Of a stretch of DNA of 47,201 bases, positions 23,252 to 35,531 are shown piece by piece. Made by a program: the position numbers and the translations under genes. Positions within the stretch are counted from its first letter, which is position 1, and the number at the start of each line of letters is the position of its first letter. The notes below the pieces were generated by a model that had not been told where the DNA came from, ran no database searches, and saw only the letters and a program-made list of their open reading frames with translations. The stretch covers positions 1 to 47,201 of the forward strand of contig NW_021834613.1 in NCBI RefSeq assembly GCF_006345805.1, given 5' to 3'. Source of the stretch: Octopus sinensis (taxonomy: Eukaryota).

Positions 23252-23635
23252 GTTGTATACTGTCAATCTAACAAGAACGTGACAGTAGGGGGTACACCAC
23301 CGCTGTATAGCCCTAGGAAGCATCGAACACCTCCTGATGGCTTTGACACATTTTCCCTGTGTCCTTATATACATATACGAAGGGGAGACAAACACCCCCG
23401 GCTGCCGAAACTGCATCTAGGGACACGTGTTTCAGGATCGTTGTCCTTCATCGGCCTAGAGTAGCAGTTTCGGCAGCCGGTGGTGTTTGTCTCCCCTTCG
23501 TATATGTATATAAGGACACAGGGAAAAATGTGTCAAAGCCATCAGGAGGCGTTCGATGCTTCCTAGGGCTATACAGCGGTGGTGTACCCCCTACTGTCAC
23601 GTTCTTGTTAGATTGACAGTATACAACCATTCTAT
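23244..23635. mobile_element. Fold-back element with arms of about 170 bp and a hammerhead motif in the loop
   Basis: 'atagaatggttgtatactgtcaatc...' (23244) is the reverse complement of '...gattgacagtatacaaccattctat' (23635); only a few mismatches along the arms. Confidence 0.92.
23411..23467 (-). ncRNA. Type I hammerhead ribozyme motif (U4C variant)
   Basis: Minus strand: CTGC-TAC-TCTAGG CCGATGA AGGA-CAACGA-TCCT GAAA CACGTG TC CCTAGA-T-GCAG; palindromic ACACGTGT stem III; GUC cleavage at the complement of 23422. Confidence 0.8.
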
Positions 23636-23704
23636 CGCCCCACCACCGTACATGTCTCTACGAGAGATTTAGAAATTCAATATTTCTTATATATATATAT
23701 GGGA

Positions 23705-24081
23705 GGCGTAGGAGGAGTGGCTGTGTGGTAAGTAGCTTGCTTACGAACCACATGGTTCAGTACCACTGCGTAGCACCTTGGGCAAGTGTCTTCTACTATA
23801 GCCTCGGGCCGATCAAAGCCTTGTGAGTGTATTTGGTAGACGGAAACTGAAAGAAGCCCGTCGCATATGTGTATATATGTATGAATGTTTGTGTATATAT
23901 TTGTGTCTGTGTTTGGTCCCCCACCACCACCACAGCCAACATCGCTTGACAACCGATGCTGGTGTGTTTACGTCCCCGTAGCCTAGTAGTTCGACAAAAG
24001 ACACCGATAGAATAAATCCTGGTGTCGATTTGCTCGACTAAAGGCGGTGCTCCAGCATGGTCACAGTCAAATGACTGAAAC
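23705..24081 (+). mobile_element. SINE family A, near full length with small deletions
   Basis: Matches 3049-3422. Confidence 0.88.
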
Positions 24082-24087
24082 AGATGG

Positions 24088-24237
24088 GGTTCTTTTCAGT
24101 TTCCGTCTACCACATCTATTCATACGGTTTTGGTCAGTCCGAGGCTATAGTAGATGACACTCCCCCAACGTGTCACACAGTAGGACTGAACCTGGAACCA
24201 TGTAGCTAGTAAGCAAGCTTCTTGCCACACAGCCACA
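24088..24237 (-). mobile_element. SINE family A 5' half, inverted next to the previous copy
   Basis: 'ttcagtttccgtctacc...gactgaacctggaaccatg...ccacacagccac'. Confidence 0.8.
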
Positions 24238-24374
24238 TTCAAAGATCAGCAACGTCTACCTCGGAGTAATGTTTCGACAAGAACAAGAAATTCAGGCATT
24301 CAGGCTCCAGCAGTAATTCTATGAGCGTTCATCAATGCATATGCATGTTAGCGTGTGTTCATCTACGCATATAT

Positions 24375-24846
24375 GGGAAATGGAAGCACTCCGTCGGTTA
24401 CGACGACGAGGTTTCCGGTTGATCACAATCAACGGAACAGCCTGCTCGTGAAATTAACGTGTAAGTGGCTGAGCACTCCACAGACACGTGTACCCTTAAC
24501 GCAGTTCTCGGGGATATTCAGCGTGACACAGAGAGTGACAAGGCCGGCCCTTTGAAATACAGGTACAACAGAAAGAGGAAGTAAGAGTGAGAGAAAGTTG
24601 TGGTGAAAGAGTACAGCAAGGATCACCACCATCCCCTGCCGGAGCATCGTGGAGCTTTTATGTGTTTTCGCTCAATAAACACTCACAACGCCCGGTCTGG
24701 GAATCGAAACCATCCCTGCCGGAGCATCGTGGAGCTTTAAGGTGTTTTCGCTCAATAAACACTCACAACGCCCGGTCTGGGAATCGAAACCGCGATCCTA
24801 CGACCGCGAGTCCGCTGCCCTAACCACTGGGCCATTGCGCCTCCAC
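24375..24846 (-). mobile_element. SINE family B with an internal tandem duplication of about 80 bp and an 11-bp target-site duplication
   Basis: 'tacgcatatat' at 24364-24374 and 24847-24857; 24631-24710 is repeated at 24711-24789. Confidence 0.92.
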
Positions 24847-25559
24847 TACGCATATATATGTATGTATACATACACAAATACATGCATGCACGCACACACC
24901 TACACACACATAGAATCTTCACGGATTAATTGTTAAATATGGCCGTTGGTCAAGACATCTATAACCCATCTATAATCTAGTATCCTGCAGCATTATTACA
25001 ATATCCTATTATGCCGCTGGTCAATGCTGGTCACTTAAGCGCTTCGCTCCACTAAACATGTAGGCTGTTTTTCAGTAACGCTTTCCCCTCTATCACTCCT
25101 TTCAACATCCTACAGCCTACATTACCAAATATGAACTGCTAATCAATTTAAACTTCCTTTGAAGAACCGAAATCTTTCTTCCTCTCTCTGTGTATATCTC
25201 TCTCTCACCCTATCTCTCTCTCTCTCTCTCTCTCTTCGTCCCTCTCATAATCTTTCTTTTTCATGCTTCTGTCTCTGTCTATCTCTCTTCATTTGTATCG
25301 TCCCTCCCACTTCTTTCTGAATTCCTTGATCTATCTTTTATACATGGTCTTGCTCTAGTGGCTATTATTAATAAATTCGTCGAAGTGTGTAGCACCAATA
25401 GAAACGGCCAATAGAATTATTAAAGTTATTATTGTCTAGATATGGATTTTCCTTTCGTATTGTGTTTCGACAATCGTTTCAATGCTTCAACAGCATGCTT
25501 TAGAAGGGCTTAAACCATATATATATATACATTTAGGTGTGTGTATATGCGTGCGTCTA

Positions 25560-25785
25560 TAGCTGGCAGAAACGTTAGCACGCTGGGCGAAATGCGTAGC
25601 CGTATTTCGTCTGTCGTTACGTTCTGAGTTCAAATTCCGCCGAGGTCGACTTTGCCTTTCATCCTTTCGGGGTCGATAAATAAAGTACCAGTTACGCACT
25701 GGGGTCGATGTAATCAACTTAATCCGTTTGTCTGTCCTTGTTTGTCCCCTCTATGTTTAACCCCTTGTGGGCAATAAAGAAATAT
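25560..25785 (+). mobile_element. SINE family C, single body
   Basis: 'agctggcagaaacgttagcacgctgggcgaaatg...aaagaaata'. Confidence 0.9.
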
Positions 25786-26091
25786 ATATATGTATGTAGG
25801 CATGTGCACATACACATTTTGCTATTTAGACACAAATGTATTCGACAAGGCAAGGCATACCATGCTTGGTGAGAGAGTGGAAAAAATTTCATGACAAAAG
25901 TTCAACAAAGTTCATCAATCTATAAATTGTACGAAGTGGTGATACAACAAGTCTAAGGAGTACAAGAATTGAAAGAGAGAAATCGTTTGTGATAATGCGG
26001 ATATGCTGATGAATTCTTGTAGAAAATGTTCCGCTAACATCAAATTTGTTTCGAGAACTATAACTCTCAAAACTCTACGTAAAATGACAAA

Positions 26092-26190
26092 AGACTAATA
26101 CTTATTCTATCGGTCACTTTGGTTGAACAGCTTAAACACACCAACGACGGTTGTCAAGTGGTGATGGGAAACAAACACAGACAAAAGACA
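26092..26190 (-). mobile_element. SINE family A, middle fragment
   Basis: 'tacttattctatcgg...aaacacaccaacgacggttgtcaag...acaaacacagaca'. Confidence 0.65.
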
Positions 26191-26244
26191 CACACGCATA
26201 TATATATATACATACACACACACATACACACACACATACACAGG

Positions 26245-26313
<69 letters not shown>

Positions 26314-26464
26314 CAATAATAACTAAATGATAATATATATCAGAATAATAACACATATTTTTATTATTAAATAGTTATTATTGTATGTTTCATTCAATTG
26401 ATTAGATAACGTCGCTTTAATCGGAGTATATATATCATTATTATGACATATCATTATATAGTTA

Positions 26465-26763
26465 TCTTTATATATAAAAGTGAAGTTGTGTGTCTGTCTC
26501 CTACGATTTAGATTCCTAACTACTCCCACATTTTGCGGTGCATTTTTACCAAAAGCGGGTATCTTATAGTCGTGATTCATATCGAGCCCTTCTGGGTATT
26601 AGCGCGCGTCTACGATGAGTCTACGATTAAAAAAAAGCTTACCATCATTTTTTCCTATTTTTAATGCATTTTTTTTTGCTATTATATAAGGAAGTAACTC
26701 TCTAAAAATGCTTATATAGTTATTTCCCTTACAAACCCGAGCAACGCCGGGCGATACTGCTAG
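26465..26763 (+). mobile_element. Non-autonomous Helitron
   Basis: A|TC at 26464-26466, subterminal hairpin 'cccgagcaacgccggg' at 26736-26751, CTAG|T at 26760-26764, no target-site duplication. Confidence 0.88.
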
Positions 26764-27011
26764 TCTATACATAAAATTTTACTGAAATTTATAGGTGGGC
26801 GTCTAGCTCAATCGGATGCGCAACGAGTCATGTTAACGTTGATATGTGGATTCGATTCTAGCGTGAGTTGGCTCGTCAATTTTCAGTCAGCTCTTTACAT
26901 AATATCGCTTTAATAGGAGTATATTATTATGCTATATTCTTATATAATCATTATTGTATAAAAAAGACTTTCATCATCTCTTTTTCTACGTAACTTAACC
27001 AACTCTCCTGG

Positions 27012-27042
<31 letters not shown>

Positions 27043-27054
27043 GTAAATCGGAAA

Positions 27055-27322
27055 TATGGTAATAGGAAACTGAAAGAACCCCATCGTATATACATATATA
27101 TATATGTATGTGTGTGTGTGTCTGTTTTTGTCCCCCACCCCATCATCGCTTAACAACCGATGCTGGTGTGTTTACGCCCCAGTAACTTACTGGTTCGGCT
27201 AAAAGAGAACGATAGAATAAGTACTAGGCTTATAAAGAATAAGTCGATTTGTAGTCGATTTGCTCAACTAAAGGCCGTGCTCCAGTATGACCATAGTCAA
27301 ATGACTGAAACAAGTAAAAGAG
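27055..27322 (+). mobile_element. SINE family A, 5'-truncated
   Basis: Matches the 3' two thirds of family A. Confidence 0.82.
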
Positions 27323-29467
27323 AATATATATATATACATATATGTATATATAAAAGTCAAAATAAGGGTGAAAAAATTGAATATTAATTAATAACATCAA
27401 TTTAAACACCAAGTGGCCTAGCGTATAAAAGACTGGGATACAGTAAATATTATTAATACAAAACAATAAGAGAAAATCCACATAGTGGATAGAGCGTCCA
27501 CATAGAGCGTCAACGTAGAGCATCCACATAGTGGATTCTCTCTTATTGTTTTGTATATGTATATATATATATGTGTGTGTGTGTGTTTCTATAAACTCTC
27601 TCCTTCTCTCTCTCTCTCTGTATATATGTGTATGTATGTGTGTGCGTGTGTACTTATATGCATAGATACGTTGAATATTATTTATTATTGTATCTGACTG
27701 TAGGATTTCTTTACGTTGGAATGTATCTATTATGTTTTTTATGGATTGTTCTGCACCTTGACATTCAGAATATTTTAATCAATTTCTCAACAACATGCTG
27801 TATGTTGTGAATGGTCTGATATACCATGATACTCAATTTCTAAATAGCTTTCATTAATATGTATTCTTCAATAATGCATAGCAATTGATTCTTGTATCAG
27901 ATGCATAGTTATTTAAGTGAAACAACTATGCAGTAGTAGTTTGACCTATATAACAACTGTTGCAGTGAAGTCTAAAATGTTAAAAAGTTAGATATACTAA
28001 TGATTTGCAGGAATGCGGTATTTCGTTATGCAACCATGATATACAATAAAATATACTAAACGGTTTTATAAGTAAACTACTTTAAGGTGACCCGCTCTAA
28101 GCGCGGGTGCATGTGTGGTTGTTACTTTCTGTTGCTTCCTTTCTGTTTCTTATCGCCACATTCTCCCTCTTTGTTTCTCTCTCTTTTCTCTCTCACTTTC
28201 CCTCTCTCTTACTCTTCCCTTCTCTCGGACTCTCCCTTGCTTTCTCTTTTTCTCTATCTTTCTCTATCTATCTCTCTTCCATTTATAAAAAAACCAAAGA
28301 TCTTGAGTAAGTTGAAAATGGAAATATTTTGAAAGATCAATCATAAATATCAAGCAGTGACAACGGAAAGCACTTTTGCCTTTTGTACATGCAACTATTT
28401 GAGCGATTAAAAATAAGGGAAAAAAAAGGACTTCTTTGTTAAATTTAGTACTTATTTGGGGATTTTTTTCGACGATTGACCATGCAAATGAAAGCTCTAA
28501 ACACGGGTTATATGCAGCTGTAAATTTCTTTCAGAAAAAAATGAAAACTGTAAACAATAAAAAATAATGGCAAAATACGTAAAAATGAGAAATTTTTTTG
28601 AACTTCAAAAATCATGCCTTAATTTTCAAAATTTCGAACCCATTAAATTACGAATCCACTTCCACTTTACCATGTTGAAAATTTGATTGAAATCGGGCAA
28701 AAGGTGTCCAATCTAGACCCCCAAGTGTCCCCCAAAATCAATAAAATCCCCGTTTTCACACCAAAGCAACAACTGTAGCGCCCCAAAGCATCTCCCAATC
28801 AATTCCTTACCTCAAGTTACCCCCTCCTGTAAATTTTAATCCCCGTCTAGCCCCATTTGGACCACGTTTTTACATAAAAAACCCATATTTGTATCAATGT
28901 TCGCCTTCTTCCTTTTATAGATTAGAATACCATGTTGTATTCTTTTAGCAGTGCGCTATACATCGCTTGTTAAGTTTTTCTTTATAGAAATTGAACAGAA
29001 ATCATAGCTAGTACTGATTTTTGTTACGACGTTTCGTATCCGAGACGCGAGATGTAATGGAGATATCAAATATAAACAAACAAACGAACAACAAATATAC
29101 AAATAAGTTAGAATATATTATTCATTCGTTGTTTTATTTTTATTGATATTTATTGAGTTTATTGTTGCGATGTGTTCGCTGTTCAGTGCACAGTCAAATG
29201 TCACTAACAAGTGAGATTGCTTCTGTAACGTGTTCCATATTTTCGTTAGTTGTTTTATGTAGGTCTCTCTCTCGTCCCGAGCGGACATACAGACATGTCA
29301 TGGTCCCTCTGTGCTTTGAACCATCGCACATCCGGAATGTGACAGCTGGAAGGATAAAAAGCTGCACCATCCCAAGGGTGGTAGCTTTTTTTCAACTGAG
29401 GGTCTGGAGAAATGGAATCCTGGCATAGTTTGAATGGACGCATTTGAAAATCACAAGACGCAACGAA

Positions 29468-29810
29468 GGTTCCGGGTTCAGTCCCACTGCATGGCATCTT
29501 GGGCAAGTGTCTTCTGCTATAGCCCCGGGCCGACCAATTCCTTGTGAGTGGATTTAGTAGATGGAAACTGAAAGAAGCCTGTCGTATATATGTATATATA
29601 TATGTGTGTTTGTGTGTCTGTGTTTGTCCCCCTAGCATTGCTTGAAAACCGATGCTGGTGTGTTAGAATAATACTGGGCTTACAAAGTATATAAGTACTG
29701 GGCTTACAAAGAATAAGTCTCGGGGTCGATTTGCTCGACTAAAAGGCAGTGCTCCAGCATGGCCGCAGTCAAATGACTGAAACAAGTAAAAGAGAGTAAA
29801 AGAGAGTAAG
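29468..29810 (+). mobile_element. SINE family A, head-truncated with an internal deletion
   Basis: 'ggttccgggttcagtcccactgc...ccagcatggccgcagtcaaatgactgaaacaagtaaaagag'. Confidence 0.87.
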
Positions 29811-30862
29811 AAAAAAGTGGAAATTTTACCGGTGAGTGTGTTACATTATAAGGCACAAAAAGAAAATGACTCTCCGCAGACACAACAGAATATGCTTCAA
29901 CACACGAACTCATATAAAGAATCTTGCAAACCAAATCCCAAAACCGAAATATTTTCTCATCAGTTTCATTAAAATAGATTCAATCGATGTCTTTGGTTAA
30001 TTCTATAACAAAATCGTTAATTTTTTGGATCATATGATTGTACGCCACTTCCCTATTTCAATCAGTCTTTCTATTTCCTTTCTCTCCTTTTCTTTCCCTT
30101 TTCTTTATCTATTTCTTTCGTTATTATCATTCTCTTCGTTTCACGAACCCTTTGTTTCACTTTCACTTTTCAGTCTTCCTTTTTCTTATCGTTTTCTTTC
30201 CTTTTTTCTTTTATTTTCTTTCTCTTTCTTTTTATTCCCTATCTTACCTCTTTAAATTATCTTTCTCAGTATTTTCTTTCATCGACTCACACGATCTTTC
30301 ATTCCTACTCTTTCCCTTGCTTTCATGCCCACTATCTTCATCTTTGTCTCTCTTTCATTTCTTCCTCTTTCTACTTCTTCCGTATTTTTTCATTGCCTAT
30401 CTCAGTGTTGTTTATTTTTCTCTATCCCTCTTTTTCTTTCTCATATATCTCGCCACCTTTTTATTTTTCGTTACCAATTCTGCTATAAAAACGTCAAGAA
30501 CAAGAAGACCGACCGACTTATGTTAAAATTAAACTTACATAATTGCATCATTCTTACGCATATTCATTTCTTGCAAACAGTGACACTTCCAGGTGTACTT
30601 AAACAAAAATTTCTTGTGAATTATTTATTGAAAGAAATTTGGCGATTCTACAACGAAAGAAAACATTTTCAGATTTTTTATTTCTTTCAAAACGCTAAAT
30701 TCCGTCAAAAAGATTATAAGGAAATGTGATATATGTGCGAACATTTAAAATTTTTGCTAAGATTAAACATCTGCAGGTGGTTTGTAATCTCTCTTTTTCT
30801 GTATTTTCTGTTATTTCTTCTATAATTTATTGACTGAAATAGTGTTTGAAGTGCTTACGGCA

Positions 30863-31070
30863 TCGAGCTGGTAGACTCGTTAGCACGTCGCGCAATAATG
30901 CTCAGCGGCATTTCGTTGGTCTTTATGTTCTGAGTTCAAATTCTGTCAATGTCGACTTTGCCTTTCATCATTTTGAGATCGATAAAATAAAGGCAATTTA
31001 CGTACTGGAGTCGCTACAAGCGACATTTTACACTCCTAAAAAACTGCTGGTATAGTGTCAAAATTTCAAA
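30863..31070 (+). mobile_element. Degenerate SINE family C
   Basis: 'cgagctggtagactcgttagcacg...gttctgagttcaaattc...gtcgactttgcctttcatc'. Confidence 0.7.
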
Positions 31071-32478
31071 CCAACATTGATTGAAGCGTTTTGGTCTTTA
31101 TATACCGGATGTCGCTAAGATAAAGTAGTTTCGTGAAAGTCCAAACATTTGGTTGAAATCAAGACAAAGGGATCGAACCTACAAACTGCTACCCGACTAC
31201 CTCAAATGGTATAAGCTACTGAATATTCCATCATTTCCTTTGATGGTTTTAGCAAGAACTTGGGCCAGAGTTCCAAAATAAGAATATGTTCCTTCTTTTC
31301 ACCAATTTTGTTATTCAGCCTGCAACAAAAGGAGATAATGTGCAAGTACCCTTTCTTTTCTGAATAATGGCCATGGAAAATGTGGAAACACACGACTGAT
31401 GACAAGCGTTATGTCTCAGAGAAATAGGCTGATGTAATCTGAAATAGTTTAGAATATATATGTACCGAATTAGGTAAGACTTGAGGTTAAGCATCAACGA
31501 CAGCAAGAATAGCACAAATAACAACATATGGTTAAAATCAATAATACAATGATCGGTTTCCGCTCACAATGAGACAGTGTTGAAACAAGTTTCAATATTT
31601 TGCTGAGCGAGAGTAGATTCCAATTATTAAAAGATACAACTTACATTACCTCATCACATTAAACATGCCTTTTGAAAATAGAATAAGCGTTTATTTGAGC
31701 GAATGCAATGCTAATTTCTGGGAACAGGACTGGGGAAGACGTCGAAAGTTTGATGCAGTTCATATTAGATATGTATTTTAAACAATTTGCCATACAAAGC
31801 AAGCTGATAGTTAATGAATGATACACCTCACTTTCTGCATAACGTCTGCTCAAACAGTAATATTCTACCAGTGAGATAATGTCTTACAAAGAGACGATGC
31901 TCTGCATATTTCATTTGTTACACATAAACCGTTTTCTAATAACTACATCGATCGCGTTCAAATCAATATTTATAATTCGGTACTATTGATCGATCTGACA
32001 GATATTTCATTGATAATATCTTATAGTCTTTAATGCCTTTTATTTCTATACTTAATTATTCAAGCATTTCCCATTACAATTCAGAAATAAAATTATAGCA
32101 ATTGAGTAAATGCATTCCCAAATCGATTTAGTGTTAACAAATTTATATAATTCTTTACCTACAAGATCAACGAATTTATATTCCTTGATGTTTGTACTTC
32201 AATGTATAAGCATCAGGAGAGGGAGAGGGAGTTGGGGAAAAGACGATAAAACTAAACACAAGTAAAAACGGACGAGACGAATGTATGTGTCTATGTACAT
32301 ATATGTGTGTTTATATATACATATATATATAGCGCAGGAGAGGCTCTATGGCGCAGGAGTGGCTCTATAGCTGTGACCCCGACACTCTAACCACTGAGCT
32401 ATGTGCCTTCACGCACACATATATGATATACATATATATATATACATATGTATATATTTATATATATGTATTATATAT

Positions 32479-32576
<98 letters not shown>

Positions 32577-32936
32577 TCTCTCTCTCTCACACACGCAACA
32601 CACATATATATATTTTATCAGGATGGCTACAGTCAAATGGCTGCAACAAGTAAAATATATAAATAATATATAAATATACATACGTATACACTTACATACG
32701 CACGCACGCACACACACATGTGTTGATTTACAAGCACAAGTGTATGTGTGTGTGTGTGTGTGTATGTGTGTGTGAGTGCGTGCGTATTAAGCTATAGTTA
32801 TCTATGCACAGCACGGCTTGACTCGGAAGAACTTAACTATAAGATACAAAGCAATAACTGTAATGTCAGGAAGAAGAAAATGAGAAAAGAAAATGGAAGT
32901 GTCAACTGTTTTATTTAATCCATAGCGACATTTTAT

Positions 32937-33181
32937 TTGCAGCGTGGAAGGTGTTTCTAAGCCATTTAAGAAACACACAAAAGCCATTCGATTCACTTCA
33001 ACATTTAAGTTGTCGCTTTAAGACCGCGACCTGTTCACTGACAAAAGTCCGTGCTGTCAGTGAACTGGTCGCGGTCTTAAAGCGACGAGAATATTTTGAC
33101 AAATTAAACTTAAATGTTGAAGTGAATCGAACGATTTTTGTGTGTTTCTTAAATCGCTTACAAACACCTTCCACGCTGCAA
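32937..33181. mobile_element. Fold-back element with a nested inner inverted repeat
   Basis: Outer arms 'ttgcagcgtggaaggtgttt...catttaagtt' and 'aacttaaatg...aaacaccttccacgctgcaa'; inner arms 33012-33043 and 33055-33086. Confidence 0.9.
33055..33101 (+). ncRNA. Possible variant hammerhead-like motif (G3-C8 swap)
   Basis: TGTCA GTGAACT G GTCGC-GGTCTTAAA-GCGAC GAG AATATT T TGACA; the inverted arm has A at position 9. Several deviations from consensus. Confidence 0.3.
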
Positions 33182-33244
33182 TTGTTTTCGTTTCAGCACA
33201 CGATCTCAGATCAAATCACTTGCTATGCAAGTACATCTTCGACA

Positions 33245-33628
33245 GTGGAGGCGCAATGGCCCAGTGGTTAGGGCAGCGGACTCCCTGTCATAGGATCGCG
33301 GTTTCGATTCCCAGACCGGGCGTTGTGAGTGTTTATTGAGCGAAAACACCCAAAGCTCCACGCGGCTCCGGCAGGGGATGGTGGTGATCCCTGCTGTACT
33401 CTTTTACCACAACTTTCTCTCACTCTTACTTCCTGTTTCTGTTGTACCTGTATTTCAAAGGGCCGGCCTTGTCACTCTCTGTGTCACGCTGAATATCCCC
33501 GAGAACTACGTTAAGGGTACACGTGTCTGTGGAGTGCTCAGCCACTTACACGTTAATTTAACGAGCAGGCTGTTCTGTTGATTCGGATCAACCGGAACAC
33601 TCGTCGTCGTAACCGACGGAGTGCTTCC
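33245..33628 (+). mobile_element. SINE family B, full length with a perfect 12-bp target-site duplication
   Basis: 'acatcttcgaca' at 33233-33244 and 33629-33640. Confidence 0.95.
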
Positions 33629-33997
33629 ACATCTTCGACATTTTATTTCTGTTAAATTTATGGCTGATCTAGTAATTCAAGGTGTGCACAAATAGGATTG
33701 CTTCATTATTATCATACCGTCGAAAGCACAGATGGGGTACCCATCATAGTCCTTGCTAAATTCAAAAATGCTTTTTAATCAGTTGATCTTTGCTATTGAT
33801 TGGCAAGGGATCAAATTGCAGCTTTACTGAAGTGTGATCGACAAATGGTGAAACGGACTATCAGATAACTCTGTTCCGTTTTTCCGACCGTCACTTTCAT
33901 AAAAAAAAAATGCAACAGTGGGTAAGGGATTTTTATATTCAAATTGATATGTGTGTATACATATACATCTATACGCATACACATATGTGTATACGCG

Positions 33998-34028
<31 letters not shown>

Positions 34029-34160
34029 ACACACACACACACACACCACACACACACACACACATATATATATATAATAATAAATATTAGGAAATAAATC
34101 CAAATTTACAGGGAAAAATCAGATTTATGATTGAATCCAATTTTATAGTAAAATATATAA

Positions 34161-34433
34161 TATTAATTAGAGACAAAACCACTATTATGCAAATCAAACA
34201 AAGAAAGACTTAATCCAATACATAAAAAAATTTATATAAATTAAATAAAATTAAATTCGCCACTACATAACTTAAAATTGAATAGAAGATTTGAAAACCA
34301 CCTGATGAATGTCCTTAGAAGAGACACGAAACAATTGTAGGCGTTATTTAACTTTATTTAATTTATATAAAATTTTTTGTATTGGATTAAGTCTTTCTTT
34401 GTTTGATTTGCATAATAGTGGTTTTGTTTCTAA

Positions 34434-34440
<7 letters not shown>
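34161..34440. mobile_element. Fold-back element (arms about 34161-34267 and 34337-34440) with a hammerhead motif in the loop
   Basis: 'aaaaccactattatgcaaatcaaacaaagaaagacttaatccaatac' pairs with 'gtattggattaagtctttctttgtttgatttgcataatagtggtttt'. Confidence 0.88.
34298..34343 (+). ncRNA. Degenerate type I hammerhead motif
   Basis: CTGATGA(34302-34308) A TGTC-CTTAGAAGA-GACA C GAAA CAATTG TA GG; palindromic ACAATTGT; A10.1-C11.1 mismatch and a poorly paired stem I. Confidence 0.6.
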
Positions 34441-34513
<73 letters not shown>

Positions 34514-34587
34514 GTACCGGTATATGGTCCAGCAGATAACCGCTGCTTTAAAGCTGAAACAATTTAAAGAGTTAAAGAGTCATATAT

Positions 34588-34652
<65 letters not shown>

Positions 34653-35318
34653 AAGAGAGAGACATACATACGCGCATACATACGCACCCACATACATACA
34701 TGCATACATACATACATACATACATACATACATAAATACATACTTACATACATACATACAAGGCATTTGACACTATTCCCTACTTACGGGTACTGGTGTG
34801 TCTCTATTTGTCGAAAGAGCCAACTGCCTTAAATGCTACCATTGAGAGATTCACGAAGACGTGAGCCACAATCTTCACACTTAGAACAGAAAGTGGAACG
34901 ATCCATTCCAATGCTATAAACATTTCATAGCGATTATTCCAGGGACATAGTCTCAATATACTTTTGTACATTTTGGTGTTAAGCCTGCTACAAAAAAAAA
35001 AACGATTTCATTCTAGGGTCCACAATTGGAAGAGTTATCAATGTAAGCCATAATTCCTTTGTGGATTTATGCCACAAGATGACCAAAATAAGGTGATCTG
35101 GTGGTCCCCGAGCTGGAATAGTGTCGAGTTCTCGCCCTGCTTGCAATATATATCAAGGGCGAAGCGCACTGAAAAACTAGCTAGAGGAAGTGTACTCCTG
35201 GTGTTACATTAGCAGTATCGCCTGATCTTACAGAACACCCACGTTTAGGTGGCGATAAACATTATGTGTGTGTGTGTGTGCTTGTGTGTATATATGTGTG
35301 TATATATGTATGTATTTA

Positions 35319-35356
<38 letters not shown>

Positions 35357-35374
35357 GCTATATATACATATATA

Positions 35375-35422
<48 letters not shown>

Positions 35423-35494
35423 CTAGAGAGATAAAGAGATAAATTGATTGGTAGATAGAAAAATGATTCATTCATAGATAATTTACATATATTT

Positions 35495-35531
<37 letters not shown>

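Noticed and set aside
25997-26035. CTGATGA...GAAA near 26008
   Set aside because: No stem II, and the possible stem I is not adjacent to the core.
29020-29050. 'gacgtttcg' (CGAAACGTC on the minus strand)
   Set aside because: No CUGANGA or stem II upstream on that strand.
33245-33315. tRNA genes at SINE heads (also 15.7-16.1, 18.3, 36.5 and 40.55 kb, and the degenerate head near 26800-26870)
   Set aside because: They continue into SINE bodies, often with target-site duplications, and I could not build a full cloverleaf.
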